Assembly: GCA_017466685.1 (NCBI GenBank) | Contig: JAFTTS010000045.1 | Location: forward strand, 19-64,018 | Source: Clostridia bacterium | GTDB taxonomy: Bacteria; Bacillota; Clostridia; Oscillospirales; CAG-272 | Length of the DNA: 64,000 nt | Direction of reading: 5' to 3' | Shown here: one piece after another, positions 48,279 through 57,763 of the stretch | Position numbering within the stretch: the first letter of the stretch is position 1 | How the letters are laid out: each line of letters starts with the position of its first letter | Translations under genes and position numbers: made by a program | Notes under the pieces: model-generated | The model's database searches: none | What the model saw: only the letters and a program-made list of their open reading frames with translations | What the model was told of the DNA's origin: nothing

Positions 48279-48653
48279 ATGCGCTTGCAGGAATCGGGAG
48301 AAATGTATCTCGAAACGATATATGTCTTATCAAAAAACAACGCAAATGTTCACTCTATCGATGTCGGTGAATATCTCGGTTATTCAAAGCCCAGTGTCAG
48401 CCGTGCAATGAGCATTTTAAAAAGCGGCGGATACATAACCATGGCAGCCGACGGCACACTGAATTTAACCACACTCGGCCGTGAGATCGCCGAAAAGATA
48501 TTTGAACGTCACACAATACTCACAGCACTTCTTGTTTCGCTCGGAGTTGACGATGAAACTGCCGCCGAGGATGCCTGCCGTCTTGAGCATGACATAAGCG
48601 ACAAATCACTTGAAGCGATCAAACAGCATCTTATAAAAGAAGGTAAGATATAA
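48279..48653 (+). CDS. DtxR/MntR-family metal-dependent repressor
   Basis: ESGEMYLETIY, SKPSVSRAM, ERH, DACRLEHDIS. Confidence 0.92.
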   Translation: MRLQESGEMYLETIYVLSKNNANVHSIDVGEYLGYSKPSVSRAMSILKSGGYITMAADGTLNLTTLGREIAEKIFERHTILTALLVSLGVDDETAAEDACRLEHDISDKSLEAIKQHLIKEGKI

Positions 48654-48658
48654 TAATG

Positions 48659-48692
48659 AAAAGCTGTCCGACAAAAAACGGGCAGCTCTTTT
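48659..48692. terminator. Bidirectional intrinsic terminator
   Basis: AGCTGTCCG..CGGGCAGCT stem with A and T flanks. Confidence 0.7.
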
Positions 48693-48712
48693 GTTATGCT
48701 GTTGACTCAAAA

Positions 48713-48910
48713 TCACTTCGATTTGTAATAAAGCAAGCAGTGACAGTAACCCTCAAACTCGGGATCGGCAATCTGATCGCGAAACTCTTTGCACATACAT
48801 TTGTATTCCTCAGCCTTACCGATACGGCAGGGACAGTATCCGCCCTTGGCTTCAAGTCCCGCTTTAACCGTTTTAACTATCTCCTCGTCAGGATTTAACG
48901 TAATTTTCAT
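48713..48910 (-). CDS. Ferredoxin-thioredoxin reductase catalytic (beta) chain-like protein, 65 aa
   Basis: LNPDEE..GL..GYCPC..CMC..CHCLLY, the three Cys pairs of FTR-type [4Fe-4S]/disulfide proteins. Confidence 0.85.
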   Translation of the reverse strand: MKITLNPDEEIVKTVKAGLEAKGGYCPCRIGKAEEYKCMCKEFRDQIADPEFEGYCHCLLYYKSK

Positions 48911-50579
48911 TTTCACTCTCCGCGACATTTTTCTCTGCCTTGACACAAATATTGTCTTCGATAAGAACCGCATCTATTGTCTTATAAACACACCCGTCAC
49001 CAAGCTCACCGAATATACCGCTCTTATCAAACACCTTTGCAACCGTATCATTCATTCCGCAGAACACAACACGCTTACCTTGTGCCTCAAATTCACTCGC
49101 TAACTCGCCGAGCGTTTCAACTGATGTGATGTCTATATCCGGCACACCGCGAAGCGATATTATGATCTCATCATGCTCTGATAACGCCGTAAGCTTATCG
49201 GTCAGCTTGCCGATATTCGCGAAGAACATATCACCGGTAACATATACAACAACGCCGTTATCGTGTCCCGAACCAAGCTTACCGCGAGCTTCAAGACGTT
49301 TTGCATCAACCGGTGCGGATGTAACGTCAATATGCGCCGCATTCTTGATGAATACCATCAGCGAGAATATGATACCGATAACGATAGCAACCGTGAGATC
49401 GAAAACAACCGTTGCAATCATAGTTATAAGGAACTGCAGTATCGCGCCGATGAACTTCTTCTTAAATATGTACTTTATCTCGTGCCATTCGTTCATGCGC
49501 CATGCGGTTACAAGCAACACACCGCCAAGTGCCGACATCGGAACGAGCGACATAACTCCGCCAAGCAAAAACATCGCCGCAAGCAGCCACAGTGCATGGA
49601 AGATGCCCGTCAAACGAGTCTGTGCACCCGACTTTATCGCAACGCTTGTACGTGCAATTGCCGCAGTCGCAGGAACACCGCCGAAGAACGGGATCAGTAT
49701 GTTTCCGACGCCCTGTGCAACAAGCTCTGTGTTCGCATCAAACGGCTCGTTCTTCATTCGTGATGCAGACGCACCGCAAAGTAAGCTCTCGATCATACCG
49801 AGTGCCGCAACGGTAAGCGCCGACGGAAGAAGCGTCATCAATGTGTCAATATTAAGTCCGGAGAAAGAAAGTCTGTCAGACAAAAACAGGGTTTTCGGAA
49901 TCTCGCCGACAGTCGCAACTCCATCAAAGCGGAATATAACATATATCACAGTCGAAACAATGATACCGATAAGCGAGGACGGCACCTTCGCATTCCACTT
50001 TTTCGGCCAAAGAATCATTATTTCAACAACAATAATTCCGAGAAAAAGCGTCCAGAGATGCGGAGTGAAACCAAGTCTGCCATACGAAATAAGCTTTTCG
50101 ATAGCCGTATTACCCTCGGAAACAGTTCCGAAGAAGTTATCGACCTGGCCGAGCGCGATTATCACAGCAATACCGGATGTGAAGCCTGTAATAACGGGAC
50201 GGGGTATCAACGAAACCAGCTTGCCGAGTCTGAAAATACCGCACACAAGCAGTATCACGCCCGCAATCAGACAAACAACGAATACGCCGTTAAGACCGAT
50301 AGCCTCATTTGCCGCAATAGTAATAAGTACGGCACTCATTGCACCGGTCGGACCGGATATCTGGAACGATGCACCCGAAAGCGCACTTATCACAACGCCT
50401 GCGATAATAGCCGTTATAAGTCCCGATGCAGCAGTTGCACCGCTCGCAACACCAAACGCAAGTGCAAGCGGAAGTGCCACAGCGGCAACAGTAAGTCCGG
50501 CAAGTAAATCTTTTATGAGTCTTGAAGCGTTATATCCCGAAAACTCACGCTTCAACATAGATGTGTAATTTTTAAACAT
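48888..50579 (-). CDS. SulP/SLC26 anion transporter with STAS domain
   Basis: DLLAGLTVAAVALPLALAFG, QISGPTGA, ELVAQGVGN, GGVPATAAIART, and a C-terminal STAS domain. Confidence 0.94.
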   Translation of the reverse strand: MFKNYTSMLKREFSGYNASRLIKDLLAGLTVAAVALPLALAFGVASGATAASGLITAIIAGVVISALSGASFQISGPTGAMSAVLITIAANEAIGLNGVFVVCLIAGVILLVCGIFRLGKLVSLIPRPVITGFTSGIAVIIALGQVDNFFGTVSEGNTAIEKLISYGRLGFTPHLWTLFLGIIVVEIMILWPKKWNAKVPSSLIGIIVSTVIYVIFRFDGVATVGEIPKTLFLSDRLSFSGLNIDTLMTLLPSALTVAALGMIESLLCGASASRMKNEPFDANTELVAQGVGNILIPFFGGVPATAAIARTSVAIKSGAQTRLTGIFHALWLLAAMFLLGGVMSLVPMSALGGVLLVTAWRMNEWHEIKYIFKKKFIGAILQFLITMIATVVFDLTVAIVIGIIFSLMVFIKNAAHIDVTSAPVDAKRLEARGKLGSGHDNGVVVYVTGDMFFANIGKLTDKLTALSEHDEIIISLRGVPDIDITSVETLGELASEFEAQGKRVVFCGMNDTVAKVFDKSGIFGELGDGCVYKTIDAVLIEDNICVKAEKNVAESENENYVKS

Positions 50580-50685
50580 TTGACAAAACCTCAGAATCTA
50601 TTGTGAATTTATTAAAAGAAAAAATGCAAAATCATAGCAGTACGCCTACTTCATTGTAAACGTACTGCCGTTTTATTTTTAAAAA

Positions 50686-51756
50686 TCAGTCTACCTTAAC
50701 AGTCCAGCCGAGAGTGTCGGGCTGCTTACCCCACTGAATACCGGTGAGGTTATCATAGAGCTTGCGTGCGATCTCGCCAATCTCGCCGTTGTTGATGGTC
50801 ATCTTGTTGCCGTCGCGGTTGAGCTCGCCGATAGGGCTGATAACAGCTGCTGTACCGGTTCCGAATGCTTCGTTAAGCTTACCTGCCTTATGAGCTTCAA
50901 CAACCTCGTCGATCGAAAGACGGCGTTCTGTAACCTTATATCCCCAGCTCTTAAGAAGCTCGATGCAGGACATACGAGTAACGCCGGGGAGGATAGAGCC
51001 AGCCTCGGTTGTGGGAGTGATGACCTCGCCGTCGATAACGAAGAATACGTTCATAGCGCCAACTTCATCAATATACTTGTGCTCAATACCGTCAATCCAG
51101 AGAACCTGCGCATAACCAAGCTCTTCAGCCTTCTTCTGACCGATGAGGGATGCTGCATAGTTACCGCCGCACTTTGTGAAGCCTGTACCACCCTTGACAG
51201 CACGTACATACTCGGATTCAACAAAGATCTTAACGGGGTTGATGCCTGCCGCATAGTAAGAGCCTACAGGCGAGAGGATGATTGCGAAAAGATATGTCTT
51301 TGCAACGTGTACGCCGAGGTGTACGTCGGTTGCGATGATGAACGGACGAATGTAAAGCGATGTGCCGTCCTTTACGGGAACCCAGTCGCGGTCAACATCG
51401 ATGAGAGTCTTAAGTGCGGTGATGCAGTCGTCAACGTCAACTGCAGGAATGCACATACGCTCGTTTGTACGGTTCATACGCTCGAAGTTCTTTTCAGGGC
51501 GGAAGAGCTGAATGTCACCGTTCGGTGTGCGGTAAGCCTTGAGTCCCTCGAAGATCTCCTGTGCATAGTGGAACACCATTGTTGCAGGATCGAGCGAGAA
51601 GTTCTGATAAGGCACGATACGTGCGTCATGCCAGCCCTTTCCCTCGGTGTAGTTCATTAAAAACATATGGTCGGAGTAAAAGTTTCCGAAGCCGAGCTTA
51701 TCCCAATCGGGCTTTGCCTTGGGAGCTGTTGTTCTTTCGATTTTGATATCTAACAT
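50686..51756 (-). CDS. ilvE: Branched-chain amino acid aminotransferase
   Basis: HYAQEIFEGLKAY, SLYIRPF, KCGGNYA, EVGAMN, ILPGVTR, GTAAVISP. Confidence 0.96.
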   Translation of the reverse strand: MLDIKIERTTAPKAKPDWDKLGFGNFYSDHMFLMNYTEGKGWHDARIVPYQNFSLDPATMVFHYAQEIFEGLKAYRTPNGDIQLFRPEKNFERMNRTNERMCIPAVDVDDCITALKTLIDVDRDWVPVKDGTSLYIRPFIIATDVHLGVHVAKTYLFAIILSPVGSYYAAGINPVKIFVESEYVRAVKGGTGFTKCGGNYAASLIGQKKAEELGYAQVLWIDGIEHKYIDEVGAMNVFFVIDGEVITPTTEAGSILPGVTRMSCIELLKSWGYKVTERRLSIDEVVEAHKAGKLNEAFGTGTAAVISPIGELNRDGNKMTINNGEIGEIARKLYDNLTGIQWGKQPDTLGWTVKVD

Positions 51757-51962
51757 TTTTGTTACCTCCAAAAAATATATTACATTAAAATATATTATAC
51801 AACAGATGATTCAATATTTCAAGATATCAAAATAAATAAATTTCAAGTTTTTTTTGCGCCTATATGAGAAATGTTTACAAAAAAACGCATAAATGTCCGC
51901 CTGAGGGCAAAAATAGGTGCGTGACAAAGCTTTACATCAACATAATATTTTGGAGGTAAAAC

Positions 51963-53258
51963 ATGAAAGAATACAATGAAAAGCTCTCACGCGGCTTAAG
52001 CGCAGTCCTCGCCGCATTCATGCTTATCGGCATCGCCATTCTTCCCTGCCGTGCCGAATATAAGCTCTCGCCTGCCCTCGACATCATCGCCGAAGAATAC
52101 AAAATTGCCAAAAGCGGTCTTGTCGGAACGGATATCTGCTTTGACAAATCCGATTTCACCGAATCGCTCGGGATAAGCTCGGTCGGCAAGATCACCGTAA
52201 CTTCCCTGCCCGACGTCACACTCGGCAGGCTCAAGCTCGGTACACGGTGGGTTGAGGTTGGTCAGACCATTTCCGAGAAAAATCTTGACTCACTCAAATT
52301 CGTACCGTTCGGAAGCAATGAGATCGCCGCAACGTTCGGCTTCTGCCGCGGCAGTGACATTTACGGAACCGAATATGAATGTACTGTATACACCCTCAAA
52401 ACCGTGAATACCGCACCTACAATTGAAAGCGCAAGCAGTGTCAGCACAACCGCCGATGCCTATTCGGGCGTTGCATATTACGGTACACTCAAAGCAACCG
52501 ACGCAGAGGGTGACGCTCTGACCTTTGAAATCCTCTCAAACGCTTCAAACGGCACTGTACGACTGACCGACCGTAATCGCGGTTACTATGAATACACCTC
52601 TGACAAAAGCTTCACGGGTAAAGACAGCTTCACAGTTCGCGTAACCGATAAATACGGCAATCGTTCCGCCGAAGAAAAGATCACTCTGCGTGTCGATAAA
52701 GCCGAATCGGGCGAGGTGTTTGCGGATATGGACGGTCACTGGGCAAATTCCGCGGTCATTTCCTGTGTTCGCTCAGGAATAATTAACACGGCGCAGGATG
52801 GCGACCGTTTCTATCCCGATGAGAGGATCAGCCGCGCACAGTTCCTTTATCTTGCAATGAGCGCAGCAGGCTACAGCGGTTTCACAACCACGAACACAGG
52901 CTTTGCCGACGATGCTGACATCCCTGCCGAATATAAGGGATGTATCGCCGTTGCCGATGCAATGGGAATAATCGAGGGCGCAGTGTATGACAGCACGGTG
53001 AAATTCCATCCGAACAATCAGATAACACGTTGTGAAGCGGCAATGATCATCTCAAGGCTCACGGGAATAAGTGGTGATACAGTCAGCGTATTCGCAGATT
53101 CGGACACTATCCCTGCCTGGGCAAAGGGCGCGATGTACGGTCTTTATAACGAGGGAATCCTTCGCGGAAACGGTGACGGCACACTCGGAGCATACAGTCC
53201 TCTGACACGCGGTGAAGCGGCACAGATGATAAGCGCCACTGCCAAATTCTCCGCTTAA
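51963..53258 (+). CDS. Secreted SLH-domain protein with a cadherin/Ig-like domain
   Basis: Signal peptide, cadherin-like ATDAEGDALTF..DSFTVRVTD, and three SLH repeats (ISRAQF, ITRCEAA, LTRGEAA). Confidence 0.88.
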   Translation: MKEYNEKLSRGLSAVLAAFMLIGIAILPCRAEYKLSPALDIIAEEYKIAKSGLVGTDICFDKSDFTESLGISSVGKITVTSLPDVTLGRLKLGTRWVEVGQTISEKNLDSLKFVPFGSNEIAATFGFCRGSDIYGTEYECTVYTLKTVNTAPTIESASSVSTTADAYSGVAYYGTLKATDAEGDALTFEILSNASNGTVRLTDRNRGYYEYTSDKSFTGKDSFTVRVTDKYGNRSAEEKITLRVDKAESGEVFADMDGHWANSAVISCVRSGIINTAQDGDRFYPDERISRAQFLYLAMSAAGYSGFTTTNTGFADDADIPAEYKGCIAVADAMGIIEGAVYDSTVKFHPNNQITRCEAAMIISRLTGISGDTVSVFADSDTIPAWAKGAMYGLYNEGILRGNGDGTLGAYSPLTRGEAAQMISATAKFSA

Positions 53259-53268
53259 CGAGACGAAA

Positions 53269-54213
53269 ATGTGTACCGCCGTCAGCATAAGCGGTGAGCG
53301 TCACCTTTTCGGACGCACACTGGATATTGAATCATCATACGGAGAAAGCGTCATCGCAGTGCCGAGGAATCACCGCCTTGATTTTCTCCGTGAACCGCCG
53401 CAAAAATCGCACCTCGCATTGATAGGCATAGGCTGTGTCCGCGGCGGTGTACCGCTATATTTTGACGCGATGAACGAAGCGGGATTATCAGCCGCAGGAC
53501 TCAATTTTTCGCTCAGTGCAAAGTATCATCCTGCCACTGATAATGTGCATAATATCGCGTCCTTTGAGGTGATACCGTGGATATTGTCACAGTGCAAAAA
53601 TCTTCAGGAAGCAAAGGAATTATTGCAGAATACAAGCATCACGAATGACAGCTTTTCCGTCGATCTTCCCTCAACTCCGCTTCACTGGATAATCGCAGAT
53701 AAAACGGGCTCGATCACTGTTGAATCGGTGTCATCGGGACTCAAAATTTACGAAAACCGTTTCGGAATATTAACAAACGAACCGCCGTTTGAATATCACG
53801 AATTTCACCTTGCTGATTTTCTCCGCTTAACGCCAACTACACCGCAAAACGACCTCTGCCGCGAAATCGAGCTCACTCCCTATTCACGCGGTATGGGAGC
53901 GATTGGGCTGCCGGGAGACTTTTCATCAGCATCACGGTTTGTACGGGCATTTTTCGTAAAATCACACATCGAAACCGCACCGAAAAGCGATGAAATAAAC
54001 CGTTTTTTCCACGTCATGAACAGTGTCAATGTCCCATACGGATGCCAAAAAAACGAGAGTGGGCAGAATATGTACACGCTCTACACCTCATGCGCCGACG
54101 CGGAAACACTCACCTATCATTTTGCGACATACGACGACCGTCAGATCCGCTCGGTGAAGTTAACGGATGAGCTCATGAACGGAACTGCCCTCTCACAACT
54201 GCAGATTGAATAA
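53269..54213 (+). CDS. Choloylglycine hydrolase / penicillin V acylase family (Ntn hydrolase)
   Basis: N-terminal MCT nucleophile, GRTLD, MNEAGL, LTNEP, LPGDFSSASRF. Confidence 0.9.
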   Translation: MCTAVSISGERHLFGRTLDIESSYGESVIAVPRNHRLDFLREPPQKSHLALIGIGCVRGGVPLYFDAMNEAGLSAAGLNFSLSAKYHPATDNVHNIASFEVIPWILSQCKNLQEAKELLQNTSITNDSFSVDLPSTPLHWIIADKTGSITVESVSSGLKIYENRFGILTNEPPFEYHEFHLADFLRLTPTTPQNDLCREIELTPYSRGMGAIGLPGDFSSASRFVRAFFVKSHIETAPKSDEINRFFHVMNSVNVPYGCQKNESGQNMYTLYTSCADAETLTYHFATYDDRQIRSVKLTDELMNGTALSQLQIE

Positions 54214-54219
54214 AAAACG

Positions 54220-54260
54220 ATCCCCACCCGATTTTTTTGGATGGGGATATGCTGTTATTT
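54220..54260 (+). terminator. Probable intrinsic terminator
   Basis: ATCCCCA..TGGGGAT stem just after the stop codon. Confidence 0.6.
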
Positions 54261-54336
54261 TAAGTAAAATCAGCCTCTACTCTCAGCTCCGCATAAAAAA
54301 TTCGACACATTTATGTCAAAAACAGAGTCATTTCCC

Positions 54337-54365
54337 TTGACATTGGGAAGTTAGTGTGATATAAT
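54337..54365 (+). promoter_or_regulatory. Sigma-A promoter of the polysaccharide locus
   Basis: TTGACA, 17-nt spacer, TGaTATAAT. A short TTCCC..GGGAA inverted repeat brackets the -35. Confidence 0.8.
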
Positions 54366-54456
54366 TATATAATGTATAAGTATGATTATGCTCGCTTGAC
54401 GGGCACGGCAAATTCCTAAATTACAAAAAATACATAAAGTAAGAAGGTAATGCACA

Positions 54457-55683
54457 ATGAAACCGTTTGAGAAAAAAATCTATCTGTCCACTCCCACAAT
54501 GCATGGGGATGAAATAAAGTACATCAAAGAAGCATACGACACCAACTGGATGTCCACCGTTGGCGAAAATATCAATGTTCTCGAGAAAAGCATCGCCGAA
54601 AAAGTCGGATGCAAATATGCAGTTGCGCTCTCGTGCGGAACATCAGCACTTCACCTTGCCGTAAAACTCGCCGGAGTTAAGCAGGGTGATACTGTATTTT
54701 GTACCGATATGACCTTCGATGCAACCGTGAATCCCGTTATTTACGAAAAGGCAACTCCCGTCTTTATCGACACGGAATACGACACCTGGAATATGGATCC
54801 CGTTGCACTCGAAAAGGCGTTTGAGATTTATCCCGAAACAAAAGTCATCGTAATCGCTAACCTTTACGGAACTCCCGCAAAGCTTGACGAGATCTGTGCC
54901 ATTGCAGATAAGCACGGCGCGATCATCATCGAGGACGCGGCAGAATCCCTCGGTGCAACCTACAAGGGCAGACAAACCGGTACATTCGGTACATATAACG
55001 CAATCTCCTTCAACGGAAACAAGATAATCACCGGTTCATCGGGCGGTATGCTGCTGACAGACGACCTCGAAGCGGCAAACAAGGCACGCAAATGGTCAAC
55101 GCAGAGCCGTGAGAACGCGCCGTGGTATCAGCATGAGGAGGTCGGTTACAATTACCGCATGAGTAACGTCATCGCAGGCGTTGTTCGCGGACAGCTTCCC
55201 TACCTCGAAGAACATATCGCGCAGAAGAAGGCGATCTACGAGCGTTACAAGGAAGGCTTCAAGGATCTGCCCGTTATCATGAACCCTTATGACGAAAACA
55301 TCATGGAGCCGAACTTCTGGCTTTCATGTATGCTCATAAACAAGGACGCAATGTGCAAGCAGGTCAGAAGCGATAACGATGCCTGCTATATTTCCGAGCC
55401 GGGTAAATCCTGCCCGACCGAAATACTCGAAGCTCTTGCCAAATACAATGCCGAGGGCAGACCGATCTGGAAGCCCATGCATATGCAGCCTATGTACCGC
55501 ATGAATCCGTTCATCACCAAGGACGGAAACGGTCGCGGCAGAACAAACGCTTATATCGCAGAAGGCTGTATCGACGTCGGCGCGGATATATTCGACCGAG
55601 GACTCTGCCTGCCGAGCGATAACAAGATGACAGCCGAGGAGCAGGACATCATAATCGAGATCGTCAAGAGCTGTTTCAATTAA
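54457..55683 (+). CDS. DegT/DnrJ/EryC1-family nucleotide-sugar aminotransferase (EpsN/PglE-like)
   Basis: SCGTSALHLA, EDAAESLG, SFNGNKIIT (PLP Lys), GYNYRMSN, GLCLPS. Confidence 0.93.
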   Translation: MKPFEKKIYLSTPTMHGDEIKYIKEAYDTNWMSTVGENINVLEKSIAEKVGCKYAVALSCGTSALHLAVKLAGVKQGDTVFCTDMTFDATVNPVIYEKATPVFIDTEYDTWNMDPVALEKAFEIYPETKVIVIANLYGTPAKLDEICAIADKHGAIIIEDAAESLGATYKGRQTGTFGTYNAISFNGNKIITGSSGGMLLTDDLEAANKARKWSTQSRENAPWYQHEEVGYNYRMSNVIAGVVRGQLPYLEEHIAQKKAIYERYKEGFKDLPVIMNPYDENIMEPNFWLSCMLINKDAMCKQVRSDNDACYISEPGKSCPTEILEALAKYNAEGRPIWKPMHMQPMYRMNPFITKDGNGRGRTNAYIAEGCIDVGADIFDRGLCLPSDNKMTAEEQDIIIEIVKSCFN

Positions 55684-55695
55684 ACGGTAACCCTC

Positions 55696-57675
55696 ATGAA
55701 AAAGAAGCTTGCTATCATTGGCGCAAACGACCAGCAGAACCCTTTGATACTAAAAGCGAGAGAGATGGGCTTCGAAACCCACACCTTTGCATGGCAGACG
55801 GGTGGTGAGATCGGCGAGGAAACCTCCGATCACTTTTATCCGATCAGCGCAGGCAACAAAGAAGAAATTCTCGCAAAATGTAAAGAGATCGGAATTGACG
55901 CCATCGTTTCAATCGGTTCGGATATCGCCGCACAGACAACAGCATATGTTTCGGGAGCTCTCGGACTTCCCGGTAACCACTTTGAAAATGTGAGTGGAGC
56001 ATCAAACAAGCTCCGTATGCGAAACAAGCTCACCGAGGCAGGTATCCCTCAGCCGAAATATGCCGAAATCGGTGACACTATCCCGTTCGATACACTTAAC
56101 TCGCTTACATATCCGCTTGTCGTAAAGCCGAGTGACCGTTCCGGCGGACGAGGACTTGCATATATAAACGATGCAGGTGAGCTTTTCGGTGCGATCAACA
56201 ATGCACGTGAGGTGTCATTCGAGAGAAAGGCGATCGTTGAAGAATTTATCGACGGTCAGCTCTATAGCTGTGAATGCCTTTCATATGGAAATGAACACAA
56301 AATTGTCGGCTTTACAGAAAGAGACACTGTTCTCATCGGAACGCGCATCTGTGAGTACCGCCACACACAGCCGGCTATTCTGCCGCTTTCGATTGAAAAC
56401 AGGTTAAAGGAAACCGTCCCGACGATACTTAAAACGCTCGGTCTTTCAGACGGTGCATCCTCGATTGAATTTATCGTTGATAAAAACAATAATCCCTACA
56501 TAATCGAAGTAACGCCGACAATGTACGGCGACTATATCGGAACTCACCTTGTTCCGCTCGCATACGGCTTTGACTATACACGGGCTGTTATCGATATCGC
56601 CTGCGGTAAGTCTGTAAAACCAGCAGACACTCTGCCGAAGATGCGTGCCTGCGTAAGCTTTGAATACAACTCCGAAACGGGTTCACGCGGCGCACACACA
56701 ATTTCGAGCGAACAAATCAAGGAGCTCGGCGGATGTCTCAAATTCCGTCCTACAAAAAAAGCTCCGTATTTCACCGAGAGCGATACAGTTCTCGCGCTCA
56801 ACAGCGAATACACCGCATTCTGGTGTGCCCTTAAAGAAATCGGCGCGAAACGTGTGTTCATTCCGTTTTACGCTTCATCGGTATGGGCAAAGATCGCAGA
56901 CGAGTTCGGAATTGAATGCGTATATTATCACATCGACAAGAATTTTCTCCCCGTTGATATTGACGAGCAAGAGGGCGACGCAGTATTTCTTATCAATTAC
57001 CACGGTCTTTGCACCGGGTATATCAAAAACGCGCCCTTTAAGAATAAAGTCGTCGATAATTCAATGGCATTTTTCGAGGATGCGTCCACAGAGGAAAACA
57101 CGTACACGATTTACAGTGCACGAAAGTTCTTTGCCGTACCCGACGGTGCATATCTTGTTTCGAGTGCTCCCCTTAAAAATGTCCCGACGCTTGAAGCCGA
57201 TATCTCGTATAAGCGCACAAGAATGTTGTTTCATGCACTCGAGCTCGGTCAAGGCGCGGCATATAAGGAATCGCAAACAAACGAACAGGAGCTTGTCACT
57301 TTGAGAAAAGCGATGTCCTCTTTAACAAAAACACTTCTCGCCTCGGTAAATTACGATGACGAAAAGAAAACAAGACAGCGAAACTTTGGTATACTTCATA
57401 ACGCATTGGCACAGCATAATCTGCTTTCCATCGACCATGACGGCAATTTTGCACCGCAGTTCTACCCGTTGCTGGTATCCGCGGATATTCGCAGCCGCCT
57501 CGTCGAGAAGAAAATATATATCCCCTTAATGTGGAGAGGAACGCTTTCTGCAAAGTTTGACGGTCTTGCCGAAAAAACATTTTCCGAAGAATTGCTTCCG
57601 CTCCCGATTGAGCCGGACTATTCCGAATCTGATATGGAATATCTGGCAAAAACGGTCATTGCCCTTTTAACATAA
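55696..57675 (+). CDS. ATP-grasp ligase fused to a PLP-dependent DegT-like domain
   Basis: N-half has NKLRMR, YPLVVKP..SGGRG, IVEEFIDG, YIIEV. C-half has INYHG, VDNSMAFF, YSARKFFAVPDG, LPLPI. Confidence 0.8.
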   Translation: MKKKLAIIGANDQQNPLILKAREMGFETHTFAWQTGGEIGEETSDHFYPISAGNKEEILAKCKEIGIDAIVSIGSDIAAQTTAYVSGALGLPGNHFENVSGASNKLRMRNKLTEAGIPQPKYAEIGDTIPFDTLNSLTYPLVVKPSDRSGGRGLAYINDAGELFGAINNAREVSFERKAIVEEFIDGQLYSCECLSYGNEHKIVGFTERDTVLIGTRICEYRHTQPAILPLSIENRLKETVPTILKTLGLSDGASSIEFIVDKNNNPYIIEVTPTMYGDYIGTHLVPLAYGFDYTRAVIDIACGKSVKPADTLPKMRACVSFEYNSETGSRGAHTISSEQIKELGGCLKFRPTKKAPYFTESDTVLALNSEYTAFWCALKEIGAKRVFIPFYASSVWAKIADEFGIECVYYHIDKNFLPVDIDEQEGDAVFLINYHGLCTGYIKNAPFKNKVVDNSMAFFEDASTEENTYTIYSARKFFAVPDGAYLVSSAPLKNVPTLEADISYKRTRMLFHALELGQGAAYKESQTNEQELVTLRKAMSSLTKTLLASVNYDDEKKTRQRNFGILHNALAQHNLLSIDHDGNFAPQFYPLLVSADIRSRLVEKKIYIPLMWRGTLSAKFDGLAEKTFSEELLPLPIEPDYSESDMEYLAKTVIALLT

Positions 57676-57686
57676 GGCAAACCGCA

Positions 57687-57727
57687 CGGCTCGTTGCAGC
57701 CGAAAAAAGTTCGACTCGTTGCAGACG
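57687..57727 (+). repeat. Tandem 16-nt repeat forming twin hairpins with an identical CGTTGC loop
   Basis: CGGCTCGTTGCAGCCG (57687-57702) and CGACTCGTTGCAGACG (57712-57727) are 14/16 identical. Confidence 0.75.
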
Positions 57728-57763
57728 GATGACAAAAAAATCATAAATTAAGGAGTTTAAGTT

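Noticed and set aside
49126-50568. 480-aa plus-strand ORF
   Set aside because: It is the antisense shadow of the hydrophobic sulP gene, with no RBS or motifs.
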